From contig OZ260665.1 in assembly GCA_965285935.1 (NCBI GenBank), forward strand, positions 55,242,001 through 55,306,000: a DNA stretch of 64,000 bases. Reading direction: 5' to 3'. Below are positions 54,801-64,000 of the stretch, one piece after another. The DNA is from Ophelia neglecta (Eukaryota). The notes beneath the pieces are model-generated. The model saw only the letters and a program-made list of their open reading frames with translations, was not told where the DNA came from and did not search any database. Positions within the stretch are counted from its first letter, which is position 1. Each line of letters opens with the position of its first letter. The position numbers and the translations under genes are program-made.

Positions 54801-57800
54801 CATTGCAACAACTCACCAGTCTTGAAAAACTGAGCCATACTATGTATAGTTTGGACTGCTTTCAAAAAACCTCACATACAAATTTAACCCCGTAACATGA
54901 CACTGAACTTGCGTCTTCTGGAAGTGGAGATTTGATTTTAATTATGTCATTATATGTAAGCTTTGGCTTCGGCGTGTCCACGTCATTCTGTGCCTGTCAA
55001 TCAAATCAAAAATAGACATGGATTATCACTTTAAAAACAAAATGTCACAGGGTTACTGCGCTGGTGCCAATTTAGCCAAATTTAAAAAGCGTTTGTTATA
55101 TGTTCCCATAGGTATGGTTAGCTTTAGAAACATTATTATTATTTTTTTATTTTTCTGTTCAGCCACATTCAATATTATATATATTTTCATTTTTAAAGGA
55201 ATAACATTTAACAATCAGAGACTGCAGACCGTACTTTATGATATAAACAATTGTTTCTATTAATATAAATATCCCAAAAAACATTTGCACAGTACTTAAC
55301 TACAAGACTTTCACACACATAAAGAATGATCGATTTTAATAGCGCGCTACTATTTCCAGCTTTACAGTACCTGGAACTGCTTCTCAGCCCATTCCACTTG
55401 CTGTGCACTGAGCTGGGCTGCTTGCAAACTTTGCATTACACTTTCGGGTCGGCTAAATTTGCCGAAATGAATCATTAGGTGAAATAGATAGTTATCCAGT
55501 TTTTCCTTTGTGCTGATGGCATGCAGATCCACCTCTGTATTGGGCATCTTTTCCGGTACAATGTGCTGGCTAAACAAGGAAGATCCCACCATTGTCCGGA
55601 TACACAACACAAACTCCTAAAACACATCGACCAAAACATTCTAAAGGACCGACATCACATTCATGACTCAAGAATGAAAACCCAAATTACCTGGTTCTGG
55701 CCAACCTAAAAATAACAAAAAGAAAAATAATGAGCTGGGCTGCTGGCAGACTTTGCAGGACCTTTTCAGGTCGCTAAATTTGCCGTAATGTATCATTAGG
55801 TTGAAAAGATACATTTCCAGTTTGTCCCTTGTGTTGATGGCATGTAGATCCACAATTGTTTTATTACAAAAGGGTACATCCAAATGACCTGGTTCTGGCC
55901 AACCTAAACATTAAAATTATGAGCTGGGCTGCTAGCAGATAAATAAATAAAAATAACAAAAAGGAAAAATAATGTACATGTAAAACATTGCCGTAATGGA
56001 TCAAACATGTTGTGCTTTATTGGTTGATTTGCTTTGACCATTTGGACAGAATAATCCACACATTAACTCAACGCAGATTATTTTAAATCCCAATGCATAT
56101 AGTAATACGTTTTTTTGATGGTGTTTGCCAAAAGATGGATTCGAAAATTCTAGATAAATTATATACATTAGCAGGTATTACTGTTAAGTTGTTAACACAT
56201 AATGGTACTTACCACGCAGCGATTTGTGGTAGAGTATCTGATCGCCCGCCATGCTGTCCTGATTGTCCTCCACCCCACATACGGGCTCCCTCATTCGTTC
56301 TCCGTTTCTGGCAAGTTCCAGAGAAGCCAAGACTGTATTCATTTACTGGTGAGGATCTGGTGACCACAAACTCCTGTAATGAATAATCATCGGTGTACAT
56401 ATTGTATATGTATTGAGCCTGTACACTTAGTCAAACACTTTCCTGAAATATTCGGTCTGTCCGTAGCCCCTATCTTTTATACAAGTGCCAAGGAAATACG
56501 CCCCTTTTGTGGCTGTAAATATGTGTACTTGGATAGTCATTCTGCAACGCGAGCAATGTTTTCAAATTAAACTATACCAATCTTCAAATGCAGCCATAGA
56601 CTGTATCAATGTTGCGTCCGTACACCCATAACCAGACTGTACCACCATGAGAAGTAATGGCTTGAATGTGTTCAATACTGTACAAATATTAGCATAACAC
56701 CTCATTGGGAGCCTAAATTACATATAAGGACATGATACGAGTAAGTTAGTTTCATTCACCATGTAGATGTATATTAAGTATTACTGTTAACACATGATGG
56801 TACTTACCACTCGGCGATTTGTGGTAGAATATCTGATTGTCTGGCATGCTGTCCTGAATTACCTCCACGCCACATACTGGCTCCCTCATTCGTTCGCCGT
56901 TTCTGAATAGCTCCAAGTCCTAGTTGGTTCCAGAGAAGCCCAGACTGTATTCATTTACTGGTGATGATCTGGTGACCACAAACTCCTGTAATGAAAAATC
57001 ATTTGTGTACATAATGTATATGTACTGAGCCTGTACACATAGTCAAACACTTTCCTGAAATATTCGGTGTGTCCGTAGCCCCTATCTTTTATACAAGTGC
57101 CAAGGAAATACGCCCCTTTTGTGGCTGTAAATATGTGTACTTGGATAGTCATTCTGCAACGCGAGCAATGTTTTCAAATTAAACTATACCAATCTTCAAA
57201 TGCAGCCATATACAGTATCAATGTTGCGTCCGAACCGCCAATGTTGCGTCCGTACACCCATAACCAGACTGTACCCCCATGAGAAGTAATGCAACAAATC
57301 TAACCAATAAGAATTTTTTTGTTTTGTTTTTGGATTGTACACCAGTCGATTCATAACTATACAGTAGGATATCGCTTTAGCATATAAATACAGGTTCAAT
57401 GGAAAATAGATTCAAATAAATTAATTTAAGTAAATATAGACACTCAATATGTTGTACTCTCCCAACCCTATATACAAAATATTACAAATATTTAACATTT
57501 AAGAGACCAATCCTGACCACATACGATAATTAAATAAGAAATTGAACATGTTGATCTGCAATTGTCTTAAGCTTCCTACATGTTCCAGACGGTGCCATGT
57601 CATTAGTCCGACGGCCCATTGGTCCGACGACCCATTAATCCGACGGCCCATTGGTCCGTCGACCCATTAGTCCGTCGGCCCATTGGTCCGACGGCCCATT
57701 GATCCGACGGCCCATTAGTCCGACGGCCCATTGGTCCGACGGGCTAATGGTCCTATTTCCCGTCTTATTTGCTGCTCATTGTCTTATCACCTGGGGATGT

Positions 57801-60467
57801 TTAGTCTCGGAAGTTCGGACCCGTGAGGCACGGTTGCGGAAAATATAGTTCCTCAATACTTAACTAACTGAACTGAGTGCAACATGATAAACACTTTCGG
57901 TGGGTCGGAAATATTTCCAAATTGGTCCCAAATGGCCCAAAATGACAGTTAAAGTTCCATTTATTCTTTCTTCTCTCCTCCTCGTACTCCTAGTTCTCCT
58001 CGTTGTAGTTCTCCTAGTTCTCGCTCTCCTCGTTCTCCTCCTCCTTTTCCTCCTCGCCCTCCATGTTCTCTTCCTCCTCTTCCTCCTCGCTCTCCTACGG
58101 ATAGTGAGCTGGTCCTGATACCATAGTGTAAGGAAGTCGGAGATGGTTGTCGGGCGATGTCTGGTCGATTAATGTGAGATTGTGGTCTGGTGACACATCT
58201 TTGCAAATTTTCAACATCGCCTTAGAGAGGGATTCTTGGCTCTTACACTGAAAACCCCCCAAAAAAGTAGTGTCTTTGCCGGGTTGTGGGATAACGACAA
58301 ATGTTCCCAAAACTTTCGTCCCGACGCCATTGTTTTCGAACAGCATGAAAGATGCTTAGGTTTGCCATCCAGATTCCTTCGGTAGTTGTTAATTGTCTTA
58401 CCACCTTGGGTGCTTAGTCTCGAAAGTTCGGTACGGTTGCGGAAAATATAGTTCCTCGATACTTAACTAAATTCTATTCACAAAGCATAAAACACAGTTT
58501 CTCCAAATAATCCGAAAATGCATATTCTAATTTATTTACAAAGCATAAAACACAGTTTCTCCAAGTAATCCGAGAATATATATTCTAATTGAGAGTCCAA
58601 GAATTCGTACAAAGGGTTGGCAGCTAACTTTTTTTCTTCATTTTAGTATTTATTTTATTTTACCGTTTCTGTGCCATGACGTGTGCCTATGCAATATGGA
58701 TCGTAGCAAAGGCACACGTCATGGCAAGGAGTCCATTGTTTATTAATATAATCCAGTTTTAAATGAGACAATGAGTTTGTCTGAAAATACTGTGTCATGG
58801 TCTTTTCATATCCACTGGCGGATCCACTGTCAAATAAATATAATCAAATGTACTCTGATAGAGAAATTATTTCAAATGTGTTAGCCAAAATTTTGACACT
58901 GTCTCGTATCACTGGCTGCTGTCATCTTTACATTGAGGCCACCTTTCACAAACAAATTGTTTATCATCACTCTCAACTCTCAAGTATGCCTATGTATTTC
59001 ACCCGGTATCGTTTTTTTCTTTTGTAGTGATCCTATATGATGTCATATATCATGATATATATCAATTACCGAACTATAATGACCTAATAGATCTTTGGGT
59101 AGGCCTAGTCTTAATATATAGGCCTACCATATACATTAGTGATTTGTCCGACGGATTGATCTTGATTGAAGTTGGTGATTTTACGTCGATTTTACCGATA
59201 AAGCCAAAGTTTTACTGATACTGATAAATGTGCTATATTTTTACTGCCAGTGACAAAGGACCAACCCTTTTAACCCTCAATTATAATATTATCATGATTA
59301 TTATTATTAAAGTCTAATATTGACAACTGGCAGTGTTTAATTTAAAGGTGGAATGGTTGAAGAACAACAGTTTTGGCGGTTGGATGGCTTGGTGTTTGGA
59401 TTATGATGACTTCCACGGACTTACGTGTGGCGGGACAGAATACCCCCTCCTTAAGACACTAAACAGAGCTCTGATAGGAGAAATCCCAACCACGCCAAGT
59501 GTCACAGGCCCGACATTGTCAGTAGCATCAAACTCCAAACTGTATAGTATATGGTTTTAATGAATTACAGTGAAACCCGCCTTTAAAGACCACCTATATA
59601 ATCAGACCACCTGTCAATTCAGACCACCTGTCAATTTAGACCACTTATATGAGGACCGTGATGTGAACTTTCAATGTTATATAACCGGTCTAAACAGACC
59701 ACCTCTAAAATCAGACCAGTATTTTCAGTCCCTTGGGTGGTCTTAATTCACAGGTTTCACTGTATTTGCAAAGTGGGAGATTGTTGTTAAAAAGGGAGGA
59801 ATAAGGCTTATTAGTAACAGCACTGCTTGCAAACGAACAGCATAATTATTTGTTCTCAGTTCATAATAAACATCCAGAAACACTTTTCGGGCATAATGAT
59901 GCCCAAAATGCTATGCTGCTCAGTCACCTCATAGACGTATTTTCAAAACAATATCCGATTTTTAATTTAAAATTTATGCATATTGTTAAAATCCCTTATT
60001 TTTTCTTATAGGAGCTCCCCTATCAGGCCCACTGATGTGACGGCTCCGGTTACATACCCCTCGAGCCCTGGGACTCTTCCTCCTACTTCCTCGCACCCTC
60101 CTGACGGTCAGCACACGTTTACCACACTATATTGAATCTTGGTGATATACAATATTTTCCTCAATTCACAATAGTACGGCTCATCGTATATATTGGGGAT
60201 GATAAACCCTTAATAATCAGCACTTGATATGAACTGTTTTCTACAGGTGACTTCTGTGCTAACCGTCCAAATGGTCTGTACCTGGACCCGGAAGATTGTG
60301 TCAGGTTTTACCATTGCAGTAACGGAACAGGCGTCAGGAAAGCATGTGCCTCGGGAACCATATTCGACCCAGATTTATTGATCTGCAATTGGCCTGATCA
60401 GGTTGACCAGGACTATGTCTGCAACACCTGTGGGATTTGTCCGACGACTCTTAGTAGCATGCCTTGA
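42862..60467 (+). CDS. GH18 chitinase with linker and CBM14, copy 2, ~516-520 aa
   Basis: Exons 42862(or 42874)-42937, 43525-43708, 44227-44479, 45169-45293, 45671-45794, 46064-46249, 46404-46532, 59348-59517, 60012-60106, 60247-60467, all GT-AG. Internal exon lengths (184, 253, 125, 124, 186, 129, 170, 95) are identical to copy 1. Catalytic [11 protein letters not shown] is intact. AATAAA at 60641. Confidence 0.92.
43765..44190 (-). mobile_element. L2-clade LINE ORF2 C-terminal fragment (degenerate) in chitinase-2 intron 2
   Basis: Minus-strand translation across frameshifts: [22 protein letters not shown]...[18 protein letters not shown]...[11 protein letters not shown]...[10 protein letters not shown]...LH*LP...[16 protein letters not shown], matching the L2 post-RT pattern SRLDYCNSLL / LQ.VQN.AAR / HITPVL..LHWLP. 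Confidence 0.8.
46714..46839. mobile_element. piggyBac-like MITE
   Basis: Imperfect terminal inverted repeats ccccaaatctatcgcgtta / taaccggatagattaggg with CCC...GGG ends, flanked by ctaa (left) and ttaa (right), consistent with a TTAA target duplication. Confidence 0.55.
47070..48865 (+). mobile_element. 5'-truncated, internally deleted LINE (CR1/L2/Crack group reverse transcriptase)
   Basis: [53 protein letters not shown], an in-frame stop at 47386-47388, then [21 protein letters not shown]. This is fused at ~47560 to the C-terminal [43 protein letters not shown] long T-rich 3' UTR ends with AATAAA at 48848. Confidence 0.9.
49445..50545 (+). repeat. Degenerate ~135-bp tandem repeat interrupted by a ~500-bp GC/CpG-rich insert
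   Basis: Motif acctattcggtataaatgtaaaccagatggg...gatatgtttaagaataa...gttatgccgatagcgg recurs at ~49449, 49650 and 49785, and resumes at 50371-50545 after the insert (~49855-50370). Confidence 0.65.
51173..54293. repeat. Near-perfect tandem array of a 1101-bp unit, ~2.8 copies
   Basis: Units start at 51173, 52274 and 53375. The ORF track repeats at +1101 offsets (51326/52427/53528; 51771/52872/53973). About 5 substitutions were seen between units 1 and 2, and 2 between units 2 and 3 over the first ~860 bp. Confidence 0.97.
56170..57290. repeat. Two diverged direct copies of a ~500-bp segment
   Basis: 56170-56660 and 56780-57290 share long identical runs (e.g. gtcaaacactttcctgaaatattcggt...caagtgccaaggaaatacgcccc...gtacacccataaccagactgtacc), with indels. 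Confidence 0.85.
57601..57740 (+). repeat. 17-bp minisatellite (cattRgtccgacggcc) x ~8, likely subterminal repeat of a non-autonomous DNA transposon
   Basis: Head-to-tail cccattagtccgacgg / cccattggtccgacgg units with no spacers, followed by a short inverted piece gggctaatgg. Confidence 0.85.
58672..58726. other. Perfect 17-bp inverted repeat (hairpin)
   Basis: tgccatgacgtgtgcct (58672-58688) and aggcacacgtcatggca (58710-58726), separated by a 21-nt spacer that partly extends the pairing. Confidence 0.9.
59568..59762. mobile_element. pogo/Tigger-like (Tc1/mariner superfamily) MITE, 195 bp
   Basis: TA-CAGTGAAACC...GGTTTCACTG-TA. The TIR extends imperfectly to aagaccacc/ggtggtctt, and internal agaccacct repeats are present. 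Confidence 0.9.
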
Positions 60468-60640
60468 CCCAAGAATGCTGACTTATTTATCGGGCAAAAA
60501 ACCTATCTCCGTTTGATGACCTTTTAACGAGGATCTTGCTTCTAATAATATTTGCCCCTTATTTTTAACCTGATAATTAATACAATTGTTCAAAGTAATA
60601 CGGATTACCTTGTATACATTGTATCCTTCCATAACTGTGG

Positions 60641-60646
60641 AATAAA
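60641..60646 (+). promoter_or_regulatory. Polyadenylation signal of chitinase copy 2
   Basis: AATAAA 174 nt after the stop codon, followed by a GT/T-rich element (tgtgtttacgttt). Confidence 0.55.
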
Positions 60647-61479
60647 GTAACCTTTACAAGAAAAGGAATGTGTTTACGTTTGCCAGCACTATACACTTTT
60701 TATACAAGTTAAATATTTTCATTTTCACATTATACGATGAAGGCCTTGTCCTTTGCCTAGCTGTCCTTTCCTTGTAGATTTCGTATCGATTTAATGAATT
60801 TTATTTTGTCTGCAGGGTGCCCACTCCTTTTTTTTCAATTCGGCGCCTTAAATTTGTACCTACGGCACTGTAACTATTAGCGAAATTAATAGTATACATT
60901 AACAGAAATATCCTACGTATTATGTAATAAACACTTTATAACCCGACCATAATTGTGAATCGACCAGTTTTTTTCTCGAAAAATTGCACTGATTTATACT
61001 GTAAAATGAGTATTAATAACAGACTTGATGAGGTTGGACTAAAAAAATTAAAAAAGAAACCAAGATAATCGTGTACACGATTGTTTAAAAATATCCCATC
61101 ATAGAACCGACCATTCCTAATTTCACTTGCCCCATGTTTATTTTATACCTGGGAATGAATCCTTGCTGGTTACCTATTTGACAGTAAGTTATATTTACGT
61201 TAGCATCAATCGTGAAACCATTATACTTTGACAACAACTCTAGAAGGCCGAACCTTCTGAACAGAAGCGCTTTGTTAGTTATATACTTTATTATTTTGTC
61301 GTATATAATATTAAATGAAAACTATTGCTGTTAAAACATACAACCTCTACTCAGTAAAATTTTGTATTTGCGGCAGGTGTTCGAAAGTAAAAATTAGTGA
61401 TACCACTGTTAGTAATCACCAGCGTTCTTTTTATAGCAAATTTACGATGGACGTAAAACTTAACAGATTTAAATGGTTA

Positions 61480-63405
61480 TCATTCATGTCTTCCTGCAAC
61501 AGCTGATTTGTGGGGAATGGCTATGCCGTACAATGGATCTCCAGTCGGACCCCAGGGTGAAGTCATTGACTGGGCAGGTGATACAGGTGGAGTTGGGTGG
61601 AGATAGCCATAGTCTAGCGGACGGTTGCCATGAGTACTTTCCACTAACTGTAAGTAGCCTTCATGCTGTGATGGCCTCTGTCCTGTCCGTGACAACCCTG
61701 GGCCTCCTGGGCCCCGAAAAGCCACCTCGGTGTGCAGGTCTTCACTTAGCTTGCGCATACGATCTCGCTCTGATAGTTTTCTCTCCCTTCCCTCGTCAAT
61801 AAAGTATTGTGGGTTCTGAAAAGCGCCCACCTGGTTTACAGGGGCTACGTACGGGGTGTTGAAGGCCGTTGTGCCGATTTGGTTGTACTCCCCTTCTGGT
61901 AGCGACACATTGGAAGCCTTGCGGGTCGCTCTTGGTACATTTCTAACCACCATTTCGGATCGCTCGTTAGTAAAACTACCGGTAGGGTTTGGCATATCAG
62001 TTGGCATTTCATTGGGCCGAGGGGGCTTCCTGTCATTGAATGAAACATACAAGTAAGACTGTAGGGTTGTTATATATTATATACGGTATAATCTTCTATT
62101 TTCCCTGAGGCATTAAAAATTGAACTTTGTTTCTACAGACCCTGATTTTAGACATTCAATGTCTATATAAAATCATTATTTCCAAGTGAGCCTAGAAAGT
62201 TTCGTGAGATACACATCGGCTTAATAAAATCATGCATGCATTCATTAGAAGATTTGAAGATTCAAAACCACGAACATAAAATAAAGGTACCTGCGTCTTT
62301 TAACGACGACGACAATTGCTATGATGACGATGATGATCAGAGCCCCTAAACCTCCAGCAATGGCTCCAATCATAACCCAGTTTGTGGCTTCGACTGCTGT
62401 CGAAATAAAATAACTATGTTACTAGAAAATGGTCATATCAGGAGTATTAAGACCGCTTTATCAAATACGACAAGCCTACATTTCATTTTGGCTTTCACTT
62501 TCATGACTATTTCAGTGTTATCCAATTATCTATATGGTATATATGTGGCATATCATTCAATATTAAACATGTGAATAAACACGCGGAAAGCCTTCTGCTT
62601 TTCATTTCGGCCATGAGTTTTATGATTCTTTCAATTAAATTATAATATCAATTCAATTTATTCCTCAAATTATATCATTGAATGTATATATAAAATAAAG
62701 CAAGGCGGTAATTATGAAGAAATGGCTAGTAGTCTCCGTATAAACTACTCGCAAATAAACAATAATTATACCACCAGCAAAATAAAAAAAAACCTTATCT
62801 AAAAATAGATTATGCTGGTGCAAAATGCATAAGCAAAAACAGAACTGACGGGCACGAACGTATATGCAAAAAGTACACATATTCATGCGCCAAGTTTAAA
62901 TATCAATCATCAGAATAATCAAGTCCCGAGATCAATTTTACTTTGCTTAGATGCAGTAGGGTAAGGTACCATTGTTAGGGGACAAGGTTGCCTGAAATGA
63001 TGGACCACCAGACATATTTGTATTATAAAAATAGTTATCATGCTAATTAATGTCATAATGTAGAATTTCGTCCGTCAATAGTTAATTGTAAATTTAAAAC
63101 TATTAGTCATAAGTGAAGTTTTTTTTTTGCAAGATCGTCCCATATTAAAGCCAGTCACTTTCATGAATTAATTCGCATCTATATGTTCAAATAGCATAAG
63201 GTTGCTAGTGAAAGTTGTAAAAATATCATAAAAAATGAAGACATCAAAATGCGTTTTCTCACGTGTTGCTGGAGTGGTTGTAGTGGTATGGTTAATGGAT
63301 GTACCGCCAACGAATTTGATACCACTGGCCTTTTCGAATTTCGCTGGTCCAAACGATTGCAGCAAAAATTTCCCAACTGTGTTAGGTGTAAGCTGCTTTA
63401 CTGCC
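61480..63405 (-). CDS. 3' part of a single-pass type I membrane protein (Thr-rich stalk, TM, ~185-aa Tyr-motif-rich cytoplasmic tail); 5' end outside the window
   Basis: Exons 63405-63263 (AVKQLTPNTVG...HTTTTTPAT), 62396-62291 (VEATNWVMIGAIAGGLGALIIIVIIAIVVVVKRR) and 62029-61480 (KPPRPNEMP...AGRHE*), GT-AG with phases 1 and 2 consistent. Confidence 0.82.
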
Positions 63406-63460
63406 CTGTGCGATAATATATAAACATTAGATGAATTATGGTAATATCAGGGCAGCAAGT

Positions 63461-63765
63461 GGCAATGGAGGAAGACAAGCGCTCAGGACGGAAGGCAGGA
63501 AGCCATGGATGAAGACAGGTGGCCATGGAGGAAGGCAGGAGACCACGGAGGAACACAGGGTGTCATGGAGGAAGAAAGGAAACCACGGAGGAAGACAGGG
63601 TGCCATGAAGGAAAACAGGAGGCCAAGGAGGAAGAAAAGAGACCATGTAGGAAGACAGACGGCCATGGAGCGGAAAGGATGCCATGGAGGAAGACAGGCG
63701 GCCATTGACGAAAACAGGCGGCCATGGAGGAAAACAGACGGCATCGGAGGGAGACAGGCATGCAA
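63461..63765 (+). repeat. 20-bp purine-rich minisatellite (ggccatggaggaagacaggc) x ~15, degenerate
   Basis: Periodic gccatggaggaagacagg units in an intron; these explain the five overlapping stop-free ORFs at 63431-63836. Confidence 0.85.
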
Positions 63766-64000
63766 GTAATAAGACAGGCTTCCATAGAAAATGGAGCATG
63801 GCTTAACTCTCTAAATAAATCACTCGTAGCCCACATATTATTTCATGGGGTCCTCTATCCATGCCTTTATGCTTAACACAAAAGATATAAAGGCGCCTAC
63901 CCACATTATATTGTACAGCCATAATGCTTAAGATTTAAATTAAAAACGGATATCCGATATTGGCTGGTAATTAACAATGAACACTTTAAATATAGAAATA

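Larger units (their letters stand above)
51326..58470 (-). pseudogene. Decayed multi-exon gene of unknown family with a C2H2-like zinc finger and Glu-rich tail, nested antisense in chitinase-2 intron 7 (probably transposon-borne)
   Basis: Phase-consistent GT-AG exons 54337-54267, 54174-54030 and 53728-53528 give [63 protein letters not shown]...[22 protein letters not shown]...[15 protein letters not shown]. Further exon-like blocks with stops, frameshifts and duplications lie at ~54555-54680, 54817-54993, 55371-55617 and 56210-57290. A diverged, deleted copy lies at 57960-58400. Confidence 0.6.

Noticed and set aside
54817-54993. Possible Ulp1/SUMO-protease catalytic motif ([15 protein letters not shown]) in the nested pseudogene
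   Set aside because: The Q-x-N/D-x-x-x-C-G spacing does not fit, and no upstream His/Asp motif was found.
57601-57740. Short regular repeats resembling a CRISPR array
   Set aside because: Units are head-to-tail with no unique spacers, there are no cas genes, and the context is a eukaryotic intron.
62942-62991. Exon-like segment with a good acceptor between the stalk and TM exons
   Set aside because: In the required phase it reads RNLVP*, and the flanking exons join in frame without it. It could be a secreted-isoform exon, but nothing supports this.
63431-63836. Five overlapping ORFs on both strands
   Set aside because: By-product of a stop-poor 20-bp minisatellite inside an intron.

Overview
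AT-rich animal genomic DNA with spliceosomal GT-AG introns, probably a marine invertebrate (inference; the taxon cannot be fixed from sequence alone). There are no prokaryotic features, and most ORFs in the track are exon fragments or noise. Gene models were built by hand from splice sites and phase continuity. (1) A 4-coding-exon claudin/PMP22-superfamily tetraspan gene (+, 591-3729). (2) A 26-coding-exon, ~1198-aa secreted, GPI-anchored otoancorin/stereocilin/mesothelin-like gene (-, 5303-20930) with a 16-nt microexon, an acidic patch and an RKRR furin site. (3) An orphan signal-peptide exon plus Thr/Pro exon (-, 25414-26614) that mirrors the first two coding exons of gene 2 and may be an alternative N-terminus. 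(4) An intronless class A peptide GPCR (+, 31089-32297). (5-6) Two tandem GH18 chitinases with CBM14 domains and matching exon lengths. Copy 1 has TG in place of an AG splice acceptor. Copy 2 has one intron grown from 104 bp to 12.8 kb. That intron holds a core-deleted LINE, a MITE, minisatellites, a 17-bp hairpin and a decayed antisense spliced gene with a C2H2-like finger whose 3' end is amplified as a young 1101-bp tandem array. (7) The 3' end of a type I membrane protein with a tyrosine-motif-rich tail (-, 61480->63405). The palindromes TACATGTA and TAGGCCTA are over-represented, consistent with transposon excision footprints. No clearly new biological system is proven. The best leads are the otoancorin-like locus with its possible swappable N-terminus and the nested unit in the giant chitinase intron.
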